Shown: positions 1-8,458 of the stretch, one piece after another
Layout: each line of letters starts with the position of its first letter
Numbering within the stretch: the stretch's first letter is position 1
Virus record (IMG/VR): IMGVR_UViG_3300042542_006078
Origin: a virus
Taxonomy: Duplodnaviria > Caudoviricetes
Length of the DNA stretch: 64,000 nt
Direction: 5' to 3' (one strand)
Notes under the pieces: model-generated
Seen by the model: the letters and a program-made list of their open reading frames with translations, nothing else
Told to the model about the DNA's origin: nothing
Database searches by the model: none
Position numbers and translations under genes: made by a program

Positions 1-69
1 CGTGTTAGATACAAGGGCCAATGGACAAAACCCATGATCTCAACCCGCACTCTGTCATCTAGCTTTTAA
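1..69 (+). CDS. 3' end of a gene entering from upstream (RVRYKGQWTKPMISTRTLSSSF*)
   Basis: Open frame from base 1 to TAA at 67-69; too short to assign. Confidence 0.3.
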   Translation, partial: RVRYKGQWTKPMISTRTLSSSF

Positions 70-100
70 GAAGCTACTATGATTTGCTATTGGAATAAAG

Positions 101-129
101 AAAAACCCCTTCATTTCTGAAGGGGTTTA
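101..129. terminator. Bidirectional intrinsic terminator
   Basis: AAACCCCTTCA-TTTC-TGAAGGGGTTT hairpin with A/T flanks, between the convergent upstream gene and the tRNA. Confidence 0.7.
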
Positions 130-430
130 TGGGATCGGTGGGGATTGCACCCACGACCTAAGCGTTATCATACCACTTCGGCTTTCGCCGCCATCTTGCG
201 ATGTTCGTGGTCTGGACTATGTCACAACCATGCCTTGCGGTTTAGGTCCACCCCCCATAGTCTCTACACACGCCAGACGATTTCTCGTCCGCTTGGCTCG
301 GCGTTGCCACGGGATTGATCCCAGAGGTTTCACCGAATTCGGGGCGATCCGATAGGCAGTTTCCCAACCTATCGCTCATAAGGTCTGAAGACCATTCAAG
401 CACTCCGCTCTCCTACTGAGCTACGATCCC
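130..430 (-). tRNA. tRNA-Ile(UAU) split by a group I intron; exons 430-398 and 168-130
   Basis: Cloverleaf: acceptor GGGATCG/CGATCCC, D stem GCTC/GAGC, anticodon stem GAGTG/CGCTT, T stem GTGGG/CCCAC, discriminator A, no encoded CCA; spliced loop CT-TAT-AA; T loop is atypical (TGCAATC). Confidence 0.88.
169..397 (-). ncRNA. Group I self-splicing intron (229 nt, IC3-like, no homing endonuclease ORF)
   Basis: 5' exon ends in U paired with G of the internal guide GAGCG (P1); guide TTAT pairs with 3' exon ATAA (P10); P7 strands GACTA/TAGTC in GAGACTA...ATAGTCC context; terminal G at 169. Confidence 0.88.
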
Positions 431-516
431 AATAGTCAATCCAGAGCAGATTGAATTGACTACAACCCTATTATTGTTAATTCAAAACAAAAGTCAAGCG
501 AGATTATATATAAATC

Positions 517-1242
517 ATGATGAATTTCAGGGCATATTTTGAAAAAGTCGAATTGACTCTCAAATACCACGATGATTTGAATCCATCTTTTTGGAAGAAT
601 GGAATTCTTGACTCAGATGTTAGGGATCATTTGCTCGACATAGCTGAATTCTTTCGTGATTATGCTAATATTCCCAAAGATGCGGTCAAGGACATAATCT
701 TCACTGGAGGCAACGCAAACTACAATTACACCGAGTTTTCCGATGTTGATGTTCATCTGATAATTGACAAGAAAAAGCTCAAGGTTTGCGATCCTGAAAT
801 CATGGATGATTATCTTAGTGATAAAAAAGCCTTAATAGCTCTTACTCACAATATCAAGATAAAAGGATTTCCTGTTGAGTTGTATGCACAAGATGAGAAA
901 CAAGCCACATCATCTGACCAAGGAGTATTCAGTTTGAAAGACAATAAATGGATTAAAAAACCAGCCAAGAAACAAATTAATCTAAGAGATCCCTATCTTG
1001 TTAAAAAGATAAAAGATATTGAAAATCAAATTAAAAGATTCATTGACGGTAAATCAAAAGATGTTAAAGAGATGGATGACTATAAAGAAAAATTGAGAAA
1101 AATGCGAGGATCAGCAGTTCAGCATGGAGGAGAATTCAGTTTGGAAAATTTGGCATTCAAAGAATTGAGAAATAGAGGACTTCTTGAGAAGTTTTCTGAC
1201 TATATTAAGGATGTCGAAGACAACAGGCTCACTCTTAAATAA
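517..1242 (+). CDS. Pol-beta-superfamily nucleotidyltransferase
   Basis: hG[GS]-x(9-10)-DhD motif (FTGGNANYNYTEFSDVDVHL) and downstream acidic strand (PVELYAQD). Confidence 0.7.
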   Translation: MMNFRAYFEKVELTLKYHDDLNPSFWKNGILDSDVRDHLLDIAEFFRDYANIPKDAVKDIIFTGGNANYNYTEFSDVDVHLIIDKKKLKVCDPEIMDDYLSDKKALIALTHNIKIKGFPVELYAQDEKQATSSDQGVFSLKDNKWIKKPAKKQINLRDPYLVKKIKDIENQIKRFIDGKSKDVKEMDDYKEKLRKMRGSAVQHGGEFSLENLAFKELRNRGLLEKFSDYIKDVEDNRLTLK

Positions 1243-1267
1243 TTTATTTTAATCACATAGAGGTAAA

Positions 1268-1945
1268 ATGTTAACTAATTATCGAGATTGGAGAAGAAAA
1301 TTTAGGGAAGATTTTGCATCTTCTTTCCCCAATTCAAAAAGAAAATGGGTTTCCATAGAAAAGTCCCATATAATCGAAGATCCTGATTTGGCTCAACAAA
1401 TTTTTGATCTTATTGATGATGCCTACAAAGGAATAGGCGGAAATGCCAATATTAGGTCGAAACATGATTTAACTAGCGAGTTTTTGAAGGGCGATCTTTC
1501 AGTAGTGAAGGCTATTGATTTGGATGACGATTCTGATCCAGATGCTGTGATTGGCTATAAGCGCACAGACAAAGGCAATAAGGCTGTTCTTTCGGCAGCT
1601 AAAGGATCGAGCGAAGAAGCTAAAAAATTATTGATTGACAAAAAGAAAGAGGAATTCAATAAAGGTGACGCTTATGGCGAAGTGTCTGGACCTCTTGCTA
1701 AGAAATTAATTGATGCTACAGTTCCTGTGATAGAGGACGAGGAAACTGTTAGGAGCATGTTGCCCGGCAAAAATATCATATGGCACGGTGAACATCCAGA
1801 GCTTGCAACTTTGCCACCTAAAATAGCAGCAACATTTGGCAAGCATAAAGGTTGGTACACTAGGTTGATTGGTGGACACCCTCATACAAAATTGATGATA
1901 GGCTTGAGAAATAAGCCCGGCCAAGTAACTGAAATTGGCGACTGA
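1268..1945 (+). CDS. Hypothetical phage protein
   Basis: 225 aa ORF with SD-like GAGG; leader NYRDWRRKFRE. Confidence 0.7.
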   Translation: MLTNYRDWRRKFREDFASSFPNSKRKWVSIEKSHIIEDPDLAQQIFDLIDDAYKGIGGNANIRSKHDLTSEFLKGDLSVVKAIDLDDDSDPDAVIGYKRTDKGNKAVLSAAKGSSEEAKKLLIDKKKEEFNKGDAYGEVSGPLAKKLIDATVPVIEDEETVRSMLPGKNIIWHGEHPELATLPPKIAATFGKHKGWYTRLIGGHPHTKLMIGLRNKPGQVTEIGD

Positions 1946-1965
1946 TTACCAATTTTCTAAAATTA

Positions 1966-2817
1966 TCATCGTAAGTCTCCGTAATGTGTGGTCGGAACTG
2001 TAAATTTTGGATCAATGAAATTGTTAGATCTCATGTGTTTTGCGATTTTGTTTTGAACAGCTAAAAGTTGATTGTAAATACTTTGCCTGCTGAATGGCTT
2101 ATTTGTTTTCGTATTTATAAATTGCCTTTGGTATTCTTCGTACCAAAGGCAATCTATTCTTCTGTTTACGAAACAGCGCAACATGCATTCTTCTTTAGGA
2201 CTTAGTTTGCATTTATAAATCAGATTGTTAAGTTCGCTATCAAAGTTATTACCGCATTCAGTTTCGATATGCTTTGAGAAATTATTGAAGTTGAATGTTT
2301 CTGAATCAAAACTTGATTCATAATAAAGATTAAAGTTTTTTCTTCTTTCTTTCTTTAGTTTATTCTTATTGAGTTGCCCTTTGATTCTCATAAAGATTGC
2401 TTTATGGACGAATGTAGTAAATGATGCTTTGATCTTATAAGTGCGATATTGCCATGTGGCAGAACGAATTGCTAGAAATCCATCTGTAACAAATTCATCA
2501 AACTTTTCAAAATCAATTCGCATTTTATGCATGATATTAAAAATCATGGCATGATACTGTTCAGCAAGCAAGTTTTCAATTTGCTGTGCGTAAAACATGT
2601 TTTGAATATCTTTTTTGTACTCGGTTAAGTATCTCGGTTTGATTTTTTCTATTATGGATTCTGGATTCTTGTATATGCTCAGGATGAATTTCATGTAATC
2701 ACGACGAGATATTTTCATTCTTTTGCTCCATTTGAAGCAAAGATCGTTGCTTTTTTTAAGTTTTTCAAAGTCAACTAGTTCTTTGATGTTTTTCCGCATC
2801 CTGCTTACATATTCCAT
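1966..2817 (-). CDS. Sigma70-family-like protein (region 2 plus divergent region 4)
   Basis: FDEFVTDGFLAIRSATWQY...ASFTTFVHKAIFMRIKGQL resembles region 2; LSPKEECML...FSRQSIYNQL resembles the region 4 HTH. Confidence 0.65.
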   Translation of the reverse strand: MEYVSRMRKNIKELVDFEKLKKSNDLCFKWSKRMKISRRDYMKFILSIYKNPESIIEKIKPRYLTEYKKDIQNMFYAQQIENLLAEQYHAMIFNIMHKMRIDFEKFDEFVTDGFLAIRSATWQYRTYKIKASFTTFVHKAIFMRIKGQLNKNKLKKERRKNFNLYYESSFDSETFNFNNFSKHIETECGNNFDSELNNLIYKCKLSPKEECMLRCFVNRRIDCLWYEEYQRQFINTKTNKPFSRQSIYNQLLAVQNKIAKHMRSNNFIDPKFTVPTTHYGDLR

Positions 2818-2859
2818 GATATTCCTCGCTCTCTCTCATAGAGTGCAGATTTTGAGTTA

Positions 2860-3309
2860 TCACGCTTCGGATTGGATTAGTTCTTCCAAACCAAAGTGAA
2901 ATGGCCAGTTAGCCCTTGATGATTCTATCTCGTCGATAATTTTTTTCAAGTAATTTCTTTTGGTGGTGTAGTAATCCATACCTCTTTGTATTTGCAATTC
3001 CTTAGGATCTTTGGCTAATCCATAAATCAATGCCCCATGTAATTCAATCATGGTATTTGATGATGAATTAATTCTATGTTCAACATCACCAACTACATGG
3101 TTTTTAATCTGTTCATCCGTCAATTCAGACTGTTGCTTAAATCTTTCGTAGTTCATGCAACGAACAATACTCAAAACTTGAGTTAAATTCAATTCAAGTA
3201 AAATCTTTGTGTCATCGGTTTCTCTTTCAATGAATATTGACTTTTCATCAAAACACTCTTGATAAATATGGTTCTTGCCGTCCCAGAAAATACTCAGTTT
3301 AGTAGACAT
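2860..3309 (-). CDS. Hypothetical protein
   Basis: 149 aa ORF with SD GAGG, co-oriented with neighbours. Confidence 0.65.
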   Translation of the reverse strand: MSTKLSIFWDGKNHIYQECFDEKSIFIERETDDTKILLELNLTQVLSIVRCMNYERFKQQSELTDEQIKNHVVGDVEHRINSSSNTMIELHGALIYGLAKDPKELQIQRGMDYYTTKRNYLKKIIDEIESSRANWPFHFGLEELIQSEA

Positions 3310-3358
3310 AAATCACCTCAACAATCAGTCCGCCACAATGAGACGGATTTGTTTTTAA

Positions 3359-3793
3359 TTATACATCACTTTTCATGTTCTCTTTAATGCTTTTCACCTT
3401 GGAAAGCAAAGAAATAATTTTATCAATTTTCTCCTCGTTGAGAATGATGTCTCCAAAACCGTCATTTGAGTTGTGATGATTAAAAACATACTTGATTGCA
3501 TGCCAAATCCTCATCCAGATAGATTGATCTGGATTGAAGTTGATATGGAAAGATACATCGACATCAACGATTTTATCGTTTTTTTTCCACTCAAACAATT
3601 CAATGATTGCTATGTGACCGGGGCTTCCACATTCACATGTCAGGAATTCTTGGGTCGAATCACTCATGCTCATTTTTTTGATCCTTCTAATAGAGTTGAC
3701 GGGTTTCCAAGGCATTGTAAATTCATACTTCGCAATGGAATTTGGGTAAAACCTTTTATTTTTGAGGAAAAACTGGGTATTCTGGAAAGACAA
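3359..3793 (-). CDS. Hypothetical protein (true start probably the internal MSDSTQEFLTCECGS)
   Basis: ORF with CxC...H motif; listed start is TTG. Confidence 0.55.
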   Translation of the reverse strand: MSFQNTQFFLKNKRFYPNSIAKYEFTMPWKPVNSIRRIKKMSMSDSTQEFLTCECGSPGHIAIIELFEWKKNDKIVDVDVSFHINFNPDQSIWMRIWHAIKYVFNHHNSNDGFGDIILNEEKIDKIISLLSKVKSIKENMKSDV

Positions 3794-3836
3794 GATGAGT
3801 CATGGTGGCTCTTATAGATGGCTATAAAATTATAGC

Positions 3837-4172
3837 GTGGAGATTGAAATGAATAATGCTGTTAATGATGATAAGGAACACATGGAATTGTTTATCAGTA
3901 GAGTCAAAAGGATAGTCAAGATGGTGAAGCTTAATGCGCCACGCATTTTAATTTCCGGCGATATTCAGCAGGTTTACTCGATGATTCCATCGATTTTGAA
4001 AGAAATAAGCGAAGAAAATCATGTTGATAAAAATAAAATAGCATTCAATGTCGCTTGTCAGAAAAACAAACTAAGGATTTGCGCCAAAGAAGAATGCGTC
4101 AATGAAATTGCACATCTGGAAAAAAATAAAATTGGCATCCAGTTGTGTTATATTTGTCAAAGCAAAAAATAA
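3837..4172 (+). CDS. Hypothetical protein with C-terminal Cys cluster
   Basis: CAKEEC...CYIC, possible Zn ligand set. Confidence 0.55.
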   Translation: MEIEMNNAVNDDKEHMELFISRVKRIVKMVKLNAPRILISGDIQQVYSMIPSILKEISEENHVDKNKIAFNVACQKNKLRICAKEECVNEIAHLEKNKIGIQLCYICQSKK

Positions 4173-4247
4173 GCAAAAAATCTATCTTTGCTTGTGAATA
4201 ATTCTCTCCACATTCCTAAATAATTAGAAATGTGGAGAGATTTTTTT

Positions 4248-5300
4248 ATGAATAAGTTCAAAAGCTGGTTGTTAGATCGTGACACTAATCTTCTGGAAAC
4301 CATGTCCAGAGAAAAAATGATGGAAGATGATCTTGATGCCTTGAATTATGCAAAAAAGCAAAAAAGACAAGAAAAAGAACTTGATGAAAAAATTCGTATA
4401 ATTAAGTATCTTGCTAAAATTAAGAAAAAAATAGAACAATTCGTTGACGCACACGACAAAGGCGCTCAAGCTCTTAAGCTGATAGCAGCATCTTTGTTGA
4501 CTCACGAAAAGGGCAGAGAAGGCATTAAAACCCATGTTCGTCATGTTTATAGCAAGGATTTGAAAAGCCTCAAAGACTTGCAGAAGATTTTCACTCATGA
4601 AAACTTGATCAAGCTTTTCCACGATGTTGATGCTCTCCACTCTTTGAGCATGATATTGGATTCCGATTTTGAAAGTCATGTCGGCAATTTGGAAAAAGAT
4701 TCTCAACACGGTCATATTGATCATTCACATGGCGAGTTGGGCAAAAAATTTGCAAGTTTTGTTGTGAGCCATATCAAGCATGCTGCTGACGATGTTTTAG
4801 CATCATTCCTTCAAGATCATAATAAAGATGAAGGTCAAGACGACGATGTTCCTCAAGATCAGGAATCTGGCGATGAAGCCGTTCCAGATATGTCTGCTGA
4901 TGAAATGAATCCTGATATGGAAGTAGGCGGTTCAGCACAAGATGCAGGTCAAATGGGTCAGGATGCAGGTCAAATGGGCCAAGATGCAGGTCAAATGGGT
5001 CAGGATGCAGGTCAAATGGGTCAAGATGCAGGTCAAATGGGCCAAGATGCAGGCCAAATGGGTCAGGATGCAGGCCAAATGGGCCAAGATGCAGGCCAAA
5101 TGGGCCAAGATGCAGGCCAAATGGATCAGGATGCAGGCCAAATGGATCAGGATGGATCTTCAGAAGACAATGCTTTGATGCCACCTGTTGGTATGGCCGC
5201 TCCTCAAAGACCTGCTGGCGCAGAAGGTGCAGAAGGTGCAGAAGGTGCAGAAGGTGCAGAAGAAGATGAAACGCAAACAGCAGCAGCACCATCTGTGTAA
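4248..5300 (+). CDS. Hypothetical protein with capsid-targeting-like leader and acidic low-complexity repeat tail
   Basis: MNKFKSWLL...LLE leader; SD GGAG; CTAAATA upstream; QDAGQMG x10 and GAE x5. Confidence 0.75.
   Translation: MNKFKSWLLDRDTNLLETMSREKMMEDDLDALNYAKKQKRQEKELDEKIRIIKYLAKIKKKIEQFVDAHDKGAQALKLIAASLLTHEKGREGIKTHVRHVYSKDLKSLKDLQKIFTHENLIKLFHDVDALHSLSMILDSDFESHVGNLEKDSQHGHIDHSHGELGKKFASFVVSHIKHAADDVLASFLQDHNKDEGQDDDVPQDQESGDEAVPDMSADEMNPDMEVGGSAQDAGQMGQDAGQMGQDAGQMGQDAGQMGQDAGQMGQDAGQMGQDAGQMGQDAGQMGQDAGQMDQDAGQMDQDGSSEDNALMPPVGMAAPQRPAGAEGAEGAEGAEGAEEDETQTAAAPSV
4938..5147 (+). repeat. 10 tandem 21-bp coding repeats (QDAGQMG/D)
   Basis: CA[AG]GATGCAGG[TC]CAAATGG.. period 21, variation mostly synonymous. 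Confidence 0.95.
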
Positions 5301-5321
5301 TTTGTGACATAAAGGAGAAAA

Positions 5322-5582
5322 ATGAAGGAACTACTCTATCTTTCTGGCGTTATCAATGAAAGCCAGTTTCATGAATCTAAGGGAAAAGATGGAATCAAGC
5401 ATTACATGTTTTTTTCCAATCTTAAAACAATCAAAGATATGGTTGATGAAATCTTAAAAATGGATCAAAAGATGATCGACAAATCTTTGGATGATGGACA
5501 TGATTGGGCTAGCGATCACATTACAAGCAGCAGGGACGACATTGAAGAAGTTCATAATTGGGTTAAAAGCAGAATAAAGTAG
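5322..5582 (+). CDS. Hypothetical phage protein
   Basis: 86 aa; SD AAGGAG; leader LLYLSGVINES. Confidence 0.7.
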   Translation: MKELLYLSGVINESQFHESKGKDGIKHYMFFSNLKTIKDMVDEILKMDQKMIDKSLDDGHDWASDHITSSRDDIEEVHNWVKSRIK

Positions 5583-5612
5583 TTGTGAAAAATGTCTCAT
5601 AACTATAACAAT

Positions 5613-5719
5613 TTGTTGGTTGTTCCGATAATGGTAGTCGTTTTAGCACTTTCCTGACTCGGTATCGGTTTATGTGAGAGGCGAAGATTAAGTGCGCCAG
5701 CCACACAACAGCCAACTAA
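5613..5719 (+). ncRNA. Candidate structured RNA (multi-stem junction with kissing loops)
   Basis: Closing stem TTGTTGGTTGTT/AACAGCCAACTAA; hairpins CCGATA/TATCGG and TGTG-GGCG/CGCC-CACA; loops carry complementary CACTT and AAGTG. Confidence 0.4.
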
Positions 5720-5750
5720 AACATCGCTCTAAAAAGAGCGATGTTTTTTT
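5718..5750 (+). terminator. Intrinsic terminator
   Basis: AAAACATCGCTC-TAAAAA-GAGCGATGTTTT followed by a T run. Confidence 0.75.
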
Positions 5751-5774
5751 ATGTCTTTTTTACTTTATTATGCC

Positions 5775-6707
5775 ATGAAAAAGAAAATTTTAATCACAGG
5801 TGTCACAGGAACAGTAGCCAAGTCATTCATAAAAGAATTTTATGATCATTATGAGTTTCACGGCATTTCAAGAAATGATTCATCACAACAGATATTATCA
5901 TATGATTTTCCAAAAGTGACTTGTTACTTGGGTGGAATTGATGATCAAAAATTCCTTTACGGTGTCTTTGAAAAAGTAAGACCAGACATTGTTGTTCATG
6001 CTGCCGCAATAAAACATGTTGACTTGGCAGAAGAAAATCCGATTCAAACTTGTGTGGTTAATTTGGATGGAAGCATTAATGTAATTGCCTCATCAATAAA
6101 ATATAATGTTCCTATTACAGTAGGAATTAGTACAGATAAGGCTTGCTCTCCAACAAATGTCTATGGAATGTCAAAATATTTGATGGAGAAGTGCTTTTTG
6201 TCGTCAAATGGTTATGAATCCAAGTTTTGTTGTACTCGTTTTGCGAATGTGGCAGGAAGCACAGGATCAGTCATACCGAAATGGGATGATATGAGAAAGA
6301 AGGGAATCCCTCTTACAGTTACAGATATGGACATGAGTAGACTCATGTTTTCTCCAAAAGAAGCTGCCGAATTGATACAAAAATCAATTAATTTGATGGA
6401 AAATGGACAATCAGCATTTATCCTCACAAAGAAAATGAAAACCGTGAAAATCTATGATTTAGCAAAATTTTTGTCAGATCAAGTTGTCGTCACAGGGATT
6501 AGACAAGGCGAAAAATTATACGAAAATTTGATTTCTGAAAAAGAAGTTTCTTACACAGAATTGATTGACAATGATTATGTAATTATCAGAAAAAATCAAA
6601 CCCCTGAAGGTAAAAGGGTTGATGGAGTTCTTAATTCAATGACTGCGGAATTGATGAATGAAGAACAAATCAAGGAATTACTAAATAATTGTGGTGTCAT
6701 CTTATGA
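5775..6707 (+). CDS. UDP-GlcNAc 4,6-dehydratase, PseB/FlaA1/CapD-like extended SDR
   Basis: ILITGVTGTVA, HAAAIKHV, ISTDKA, YGMSK (YxxxK), TRFANVAGSTGSVIP, GIRQGEKLYE. Confidence 0.88.
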   Translation: MKKKILITGVTGTVAKSFIKEFYDHYEFHGISRNDSSQQILSYDFPKVTCYLGGIDDQKFLYGVFEKVRPDIVVHAAAIKHVDLAEENPIQTCVVNLDGSINVIASSIKYNVPITVGISTDKACSPTNVYGMSKYLMEKCFLSSNGYESKFCCTRFANVAGSTGSVIPKWDDMRKKGIPLTVTDMDMSRLMFSPKEAAELIQKSINLMENGQSAFILTKKMKTVKIYDLAKFLSDQVVVTGIRQGEKLYENLISEKEVSYTELIDNDYVIIRKNQTPEGKRVDGVLNSMTAELMNEEQIKELLNNCGVIL

Positions 6708-6716
6708 GGCAAAAAA

Positions 6717-7529
6717 ATGCAATTAGATAAATCGAAATTCCCAGAAGAAACCCATCAATTAATTGATTTGCTGGAAAGCTCCGAATGGCCAGAAGCAGTC
6801 CCAGATTTCCTTATTTGCAGCGAAACCGAGGAAGACAAGATTGAGAGGGCGATGGGTGTTGTCGAGTATATGAAATTTGATTTTGCAGGTAAAAAAATTC
6901 TTGATTACGGTTGTGGCGAGGGTCACCTTGCTATGGAAGTTGCAAATACAGCATCCACTGCTTCATGTGAAAAAAGTGTCGGATTTGACATAGTTCAGTC
7001 TGGTATTCATCAATGGGAAAAAGAAGATAGGTTCTTGTTGACAACTAGCTTTGATAAAGTCAAAGAAAATGGTCCTTATGATTTTGTTGTTTTATATGAT
7101 GTTTTAGATCATTGTGTTCAGCCTGTTGATGTGATGAGTAATATTATAAAAGTTTGCCACAAAGACACAAAGATTTTTGTCCGTTGTCATTCTTGGATGA
7201 GTAGGCATGGAGGTCATATTTATCGGCAACTCAACAAAGCATGGGCTCACCTCGTTTTCACTAAAGACGAGCTTTCTCTTATGGGAATTGATTTGCCATT
7301 CGTTTATAAGGTTTACACTCCTGTTCGCACACAATCATTGTGGTTTCAAGTTTTCAATTTACATGTAGAAAAACAAGATATAGTTAAAACCATTGTTGAA
7401 GATTTTTTCAAAAAACCAGAGATATCTGCTAGATTACCTTTGGCGAGATTTAACAACAAATTCCCAGAACACCAAATGGCGCAATCATTCAACGATTACT
7501 TTTTGAACACTCAATTTGCTATCCAATAG
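6717..7529 (+). CDS. Class I SAM-dependent methyltransferase
   Basis: KKILDYGCGEG motif I; YDFVVLYDVLDHC. Confidence 0.8.
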   Translation: MQLDKSKFPEETHQLIDLLESSEWPEAVPDFLICSETEEDKIERAMGVVEYMKFDFAGKKILDYGCGEGHLAMEVANTASTASCEKSVGFDIVQSGIHQWEKEDRFLLTTSFDKVKENGPYDFVVLYDVLDHCVQPVDVMSNIIKVCHKDTKIFVRCHSWMSRHGGHIYRQLNKAWAHLVFTKDELSLMGIDLPFVYKVYTPVRTQSLWFQVFNLHVEKQDIVKTIVEDFFKKPEISARLPLARFNNKFPEHQMAQSFNDYFLNTQFAIQ

Positions 7530-7532
7530 TAC

Positions 7533-8306
7533 TTACATGGTGATCAGCTTTTTGTCAAAAAACTCTTCAATAATCCAATCGCAGTCCATAATGTGAAATT
7601 CATGGCTTCTTTCCTTTTTTGTTTTAATTATTTCATCTGACCAAGATTCTAAGTCCAGATGAGCAAATGTACGAATCACGCCGTGAGAAGATTCGAGGTA
7701 TTGAATCAGTTTACTTTTTTCCAAAGAAGAAATTAATTTCCAGTCTAGAATCGGTATGTGAAAATGTTTACAGATCATTATGAGCAATTCTTGATAAAGG
7801 CAAAAACAAAAGACAACCTTCTCATCCATTTTGGTTGGAAGCTTAGAAAATAGTTCTAACTTTTTAACAATCTTCTTGGGCAAAGAGTCTTTGTTCAAAA
7901 TAAGTGATTCGTATATTGAGAGATACCAAGATGTGACAGAAGTTCTTCTTTTAGCTGGCAGAGAATCACGAACATCTCTTGTTAAAGCAAAACAATTAAA
8001 TTCCTTCACAAAAAATGGTATCTTCATGCATGAATAGTTTTCTTTCGTAAAATTATATTCTTCTTTTTCCCATGTAAGCTTGAATATTTTTTCGCATATA
8101 TCTTGATTCATATCTGCTATTTTTTGATAACATGTAATATATTCGCATCCAAATCCTTTTGCTAATATTTCGCAGTATTTGTGGTTATTGGCTGGGTTGA
8201 AAAATTCTCGTGAATAGTTGATTCCTTTCTGCGAATCACATAAGGTAGTGGCGAGCCAATCTGATCCGCAGTTTGGGCTCGATATTAAAAGCATGGGTTT
8301 TTTCAT
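7533..8306 (-). CDS. Sulfotransferase-like protein
   Basis: N-terminal LLISSPNCGSDWL resembles the 5'-PSB loop; EFFNP; LTRDVRD resembles the 3'-PB motif. Confidence 0.55.
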   Translation of the reverse strand: MKKPMLLISSPNCGSDWLATTLCDSQKGINYSREFFNPANNHKYCEILAKGFGCEYITCYQKIADMNQDICEKIFKLTWEKEEYNFTKENYSCMKIPFFVKEFNCFALTRDVRDSLPAKRRTSVTSWYLSIYESLILNKDSLPKKIVKKLELFSKLPTKMDEKVVFCFCLYQELLIMICKHFHIPILDWKLISSLEKSKLIQYLESSHGVIRTFAHLDLESWSDEIIKTKKERSHEFHIMDCDWIIEEFFDKKLITM

Positions 8307-8355
8307 GGTTTTTGTCCTTTCGTCATATGGAATCCCATCAAATTATGGTGAAGGG

Positions 8356-8390
8356 AAACTGCTTCGGATTTCCGAGAAGCAAAGCCGATA
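8356..8390 (+). promoter_or_regulatory. 35-bp motif copy 1 (AAACTGCTTCGGA-N6-AGAAGCAAAGCCGATA)
   Basis: Full match, 68 nt upstream of the sigma-like ATG at 8459. Confidence 0.75.
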
Positions 8391-8458
8391 ATATGTTTGG
8401 TCGTCAGTCGCCGCCATCAGAAGCGTTGACTGACTTTAAGCTTAATGGAGTAAGGCTC

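Noticed and set aside
130-430. Alternative splice giving tRNA-Ile(GAU)
   Set aside because: Shifting both junctions by one base would end the intron in U rather than G and break the P1 U-G and P10 registers
4272-5310. Antisense and alternate-frame ORFs over the repeat gene (4272-4724, 4774-5310, 4932-5141, 4942-5178)
   Set aside because: Shadows of the 21-bp tandem repeat in the 4248 gene; no SD and low-complexity translations
8273-8458. N-terminal extensions of ORFs through the 35-bp motif (also 54252 and 62245) and from just after it (49170, 51193)
   Set aside because: The motif and its trailer lack stops in those frames; SD-supported internal ATGs are better starts
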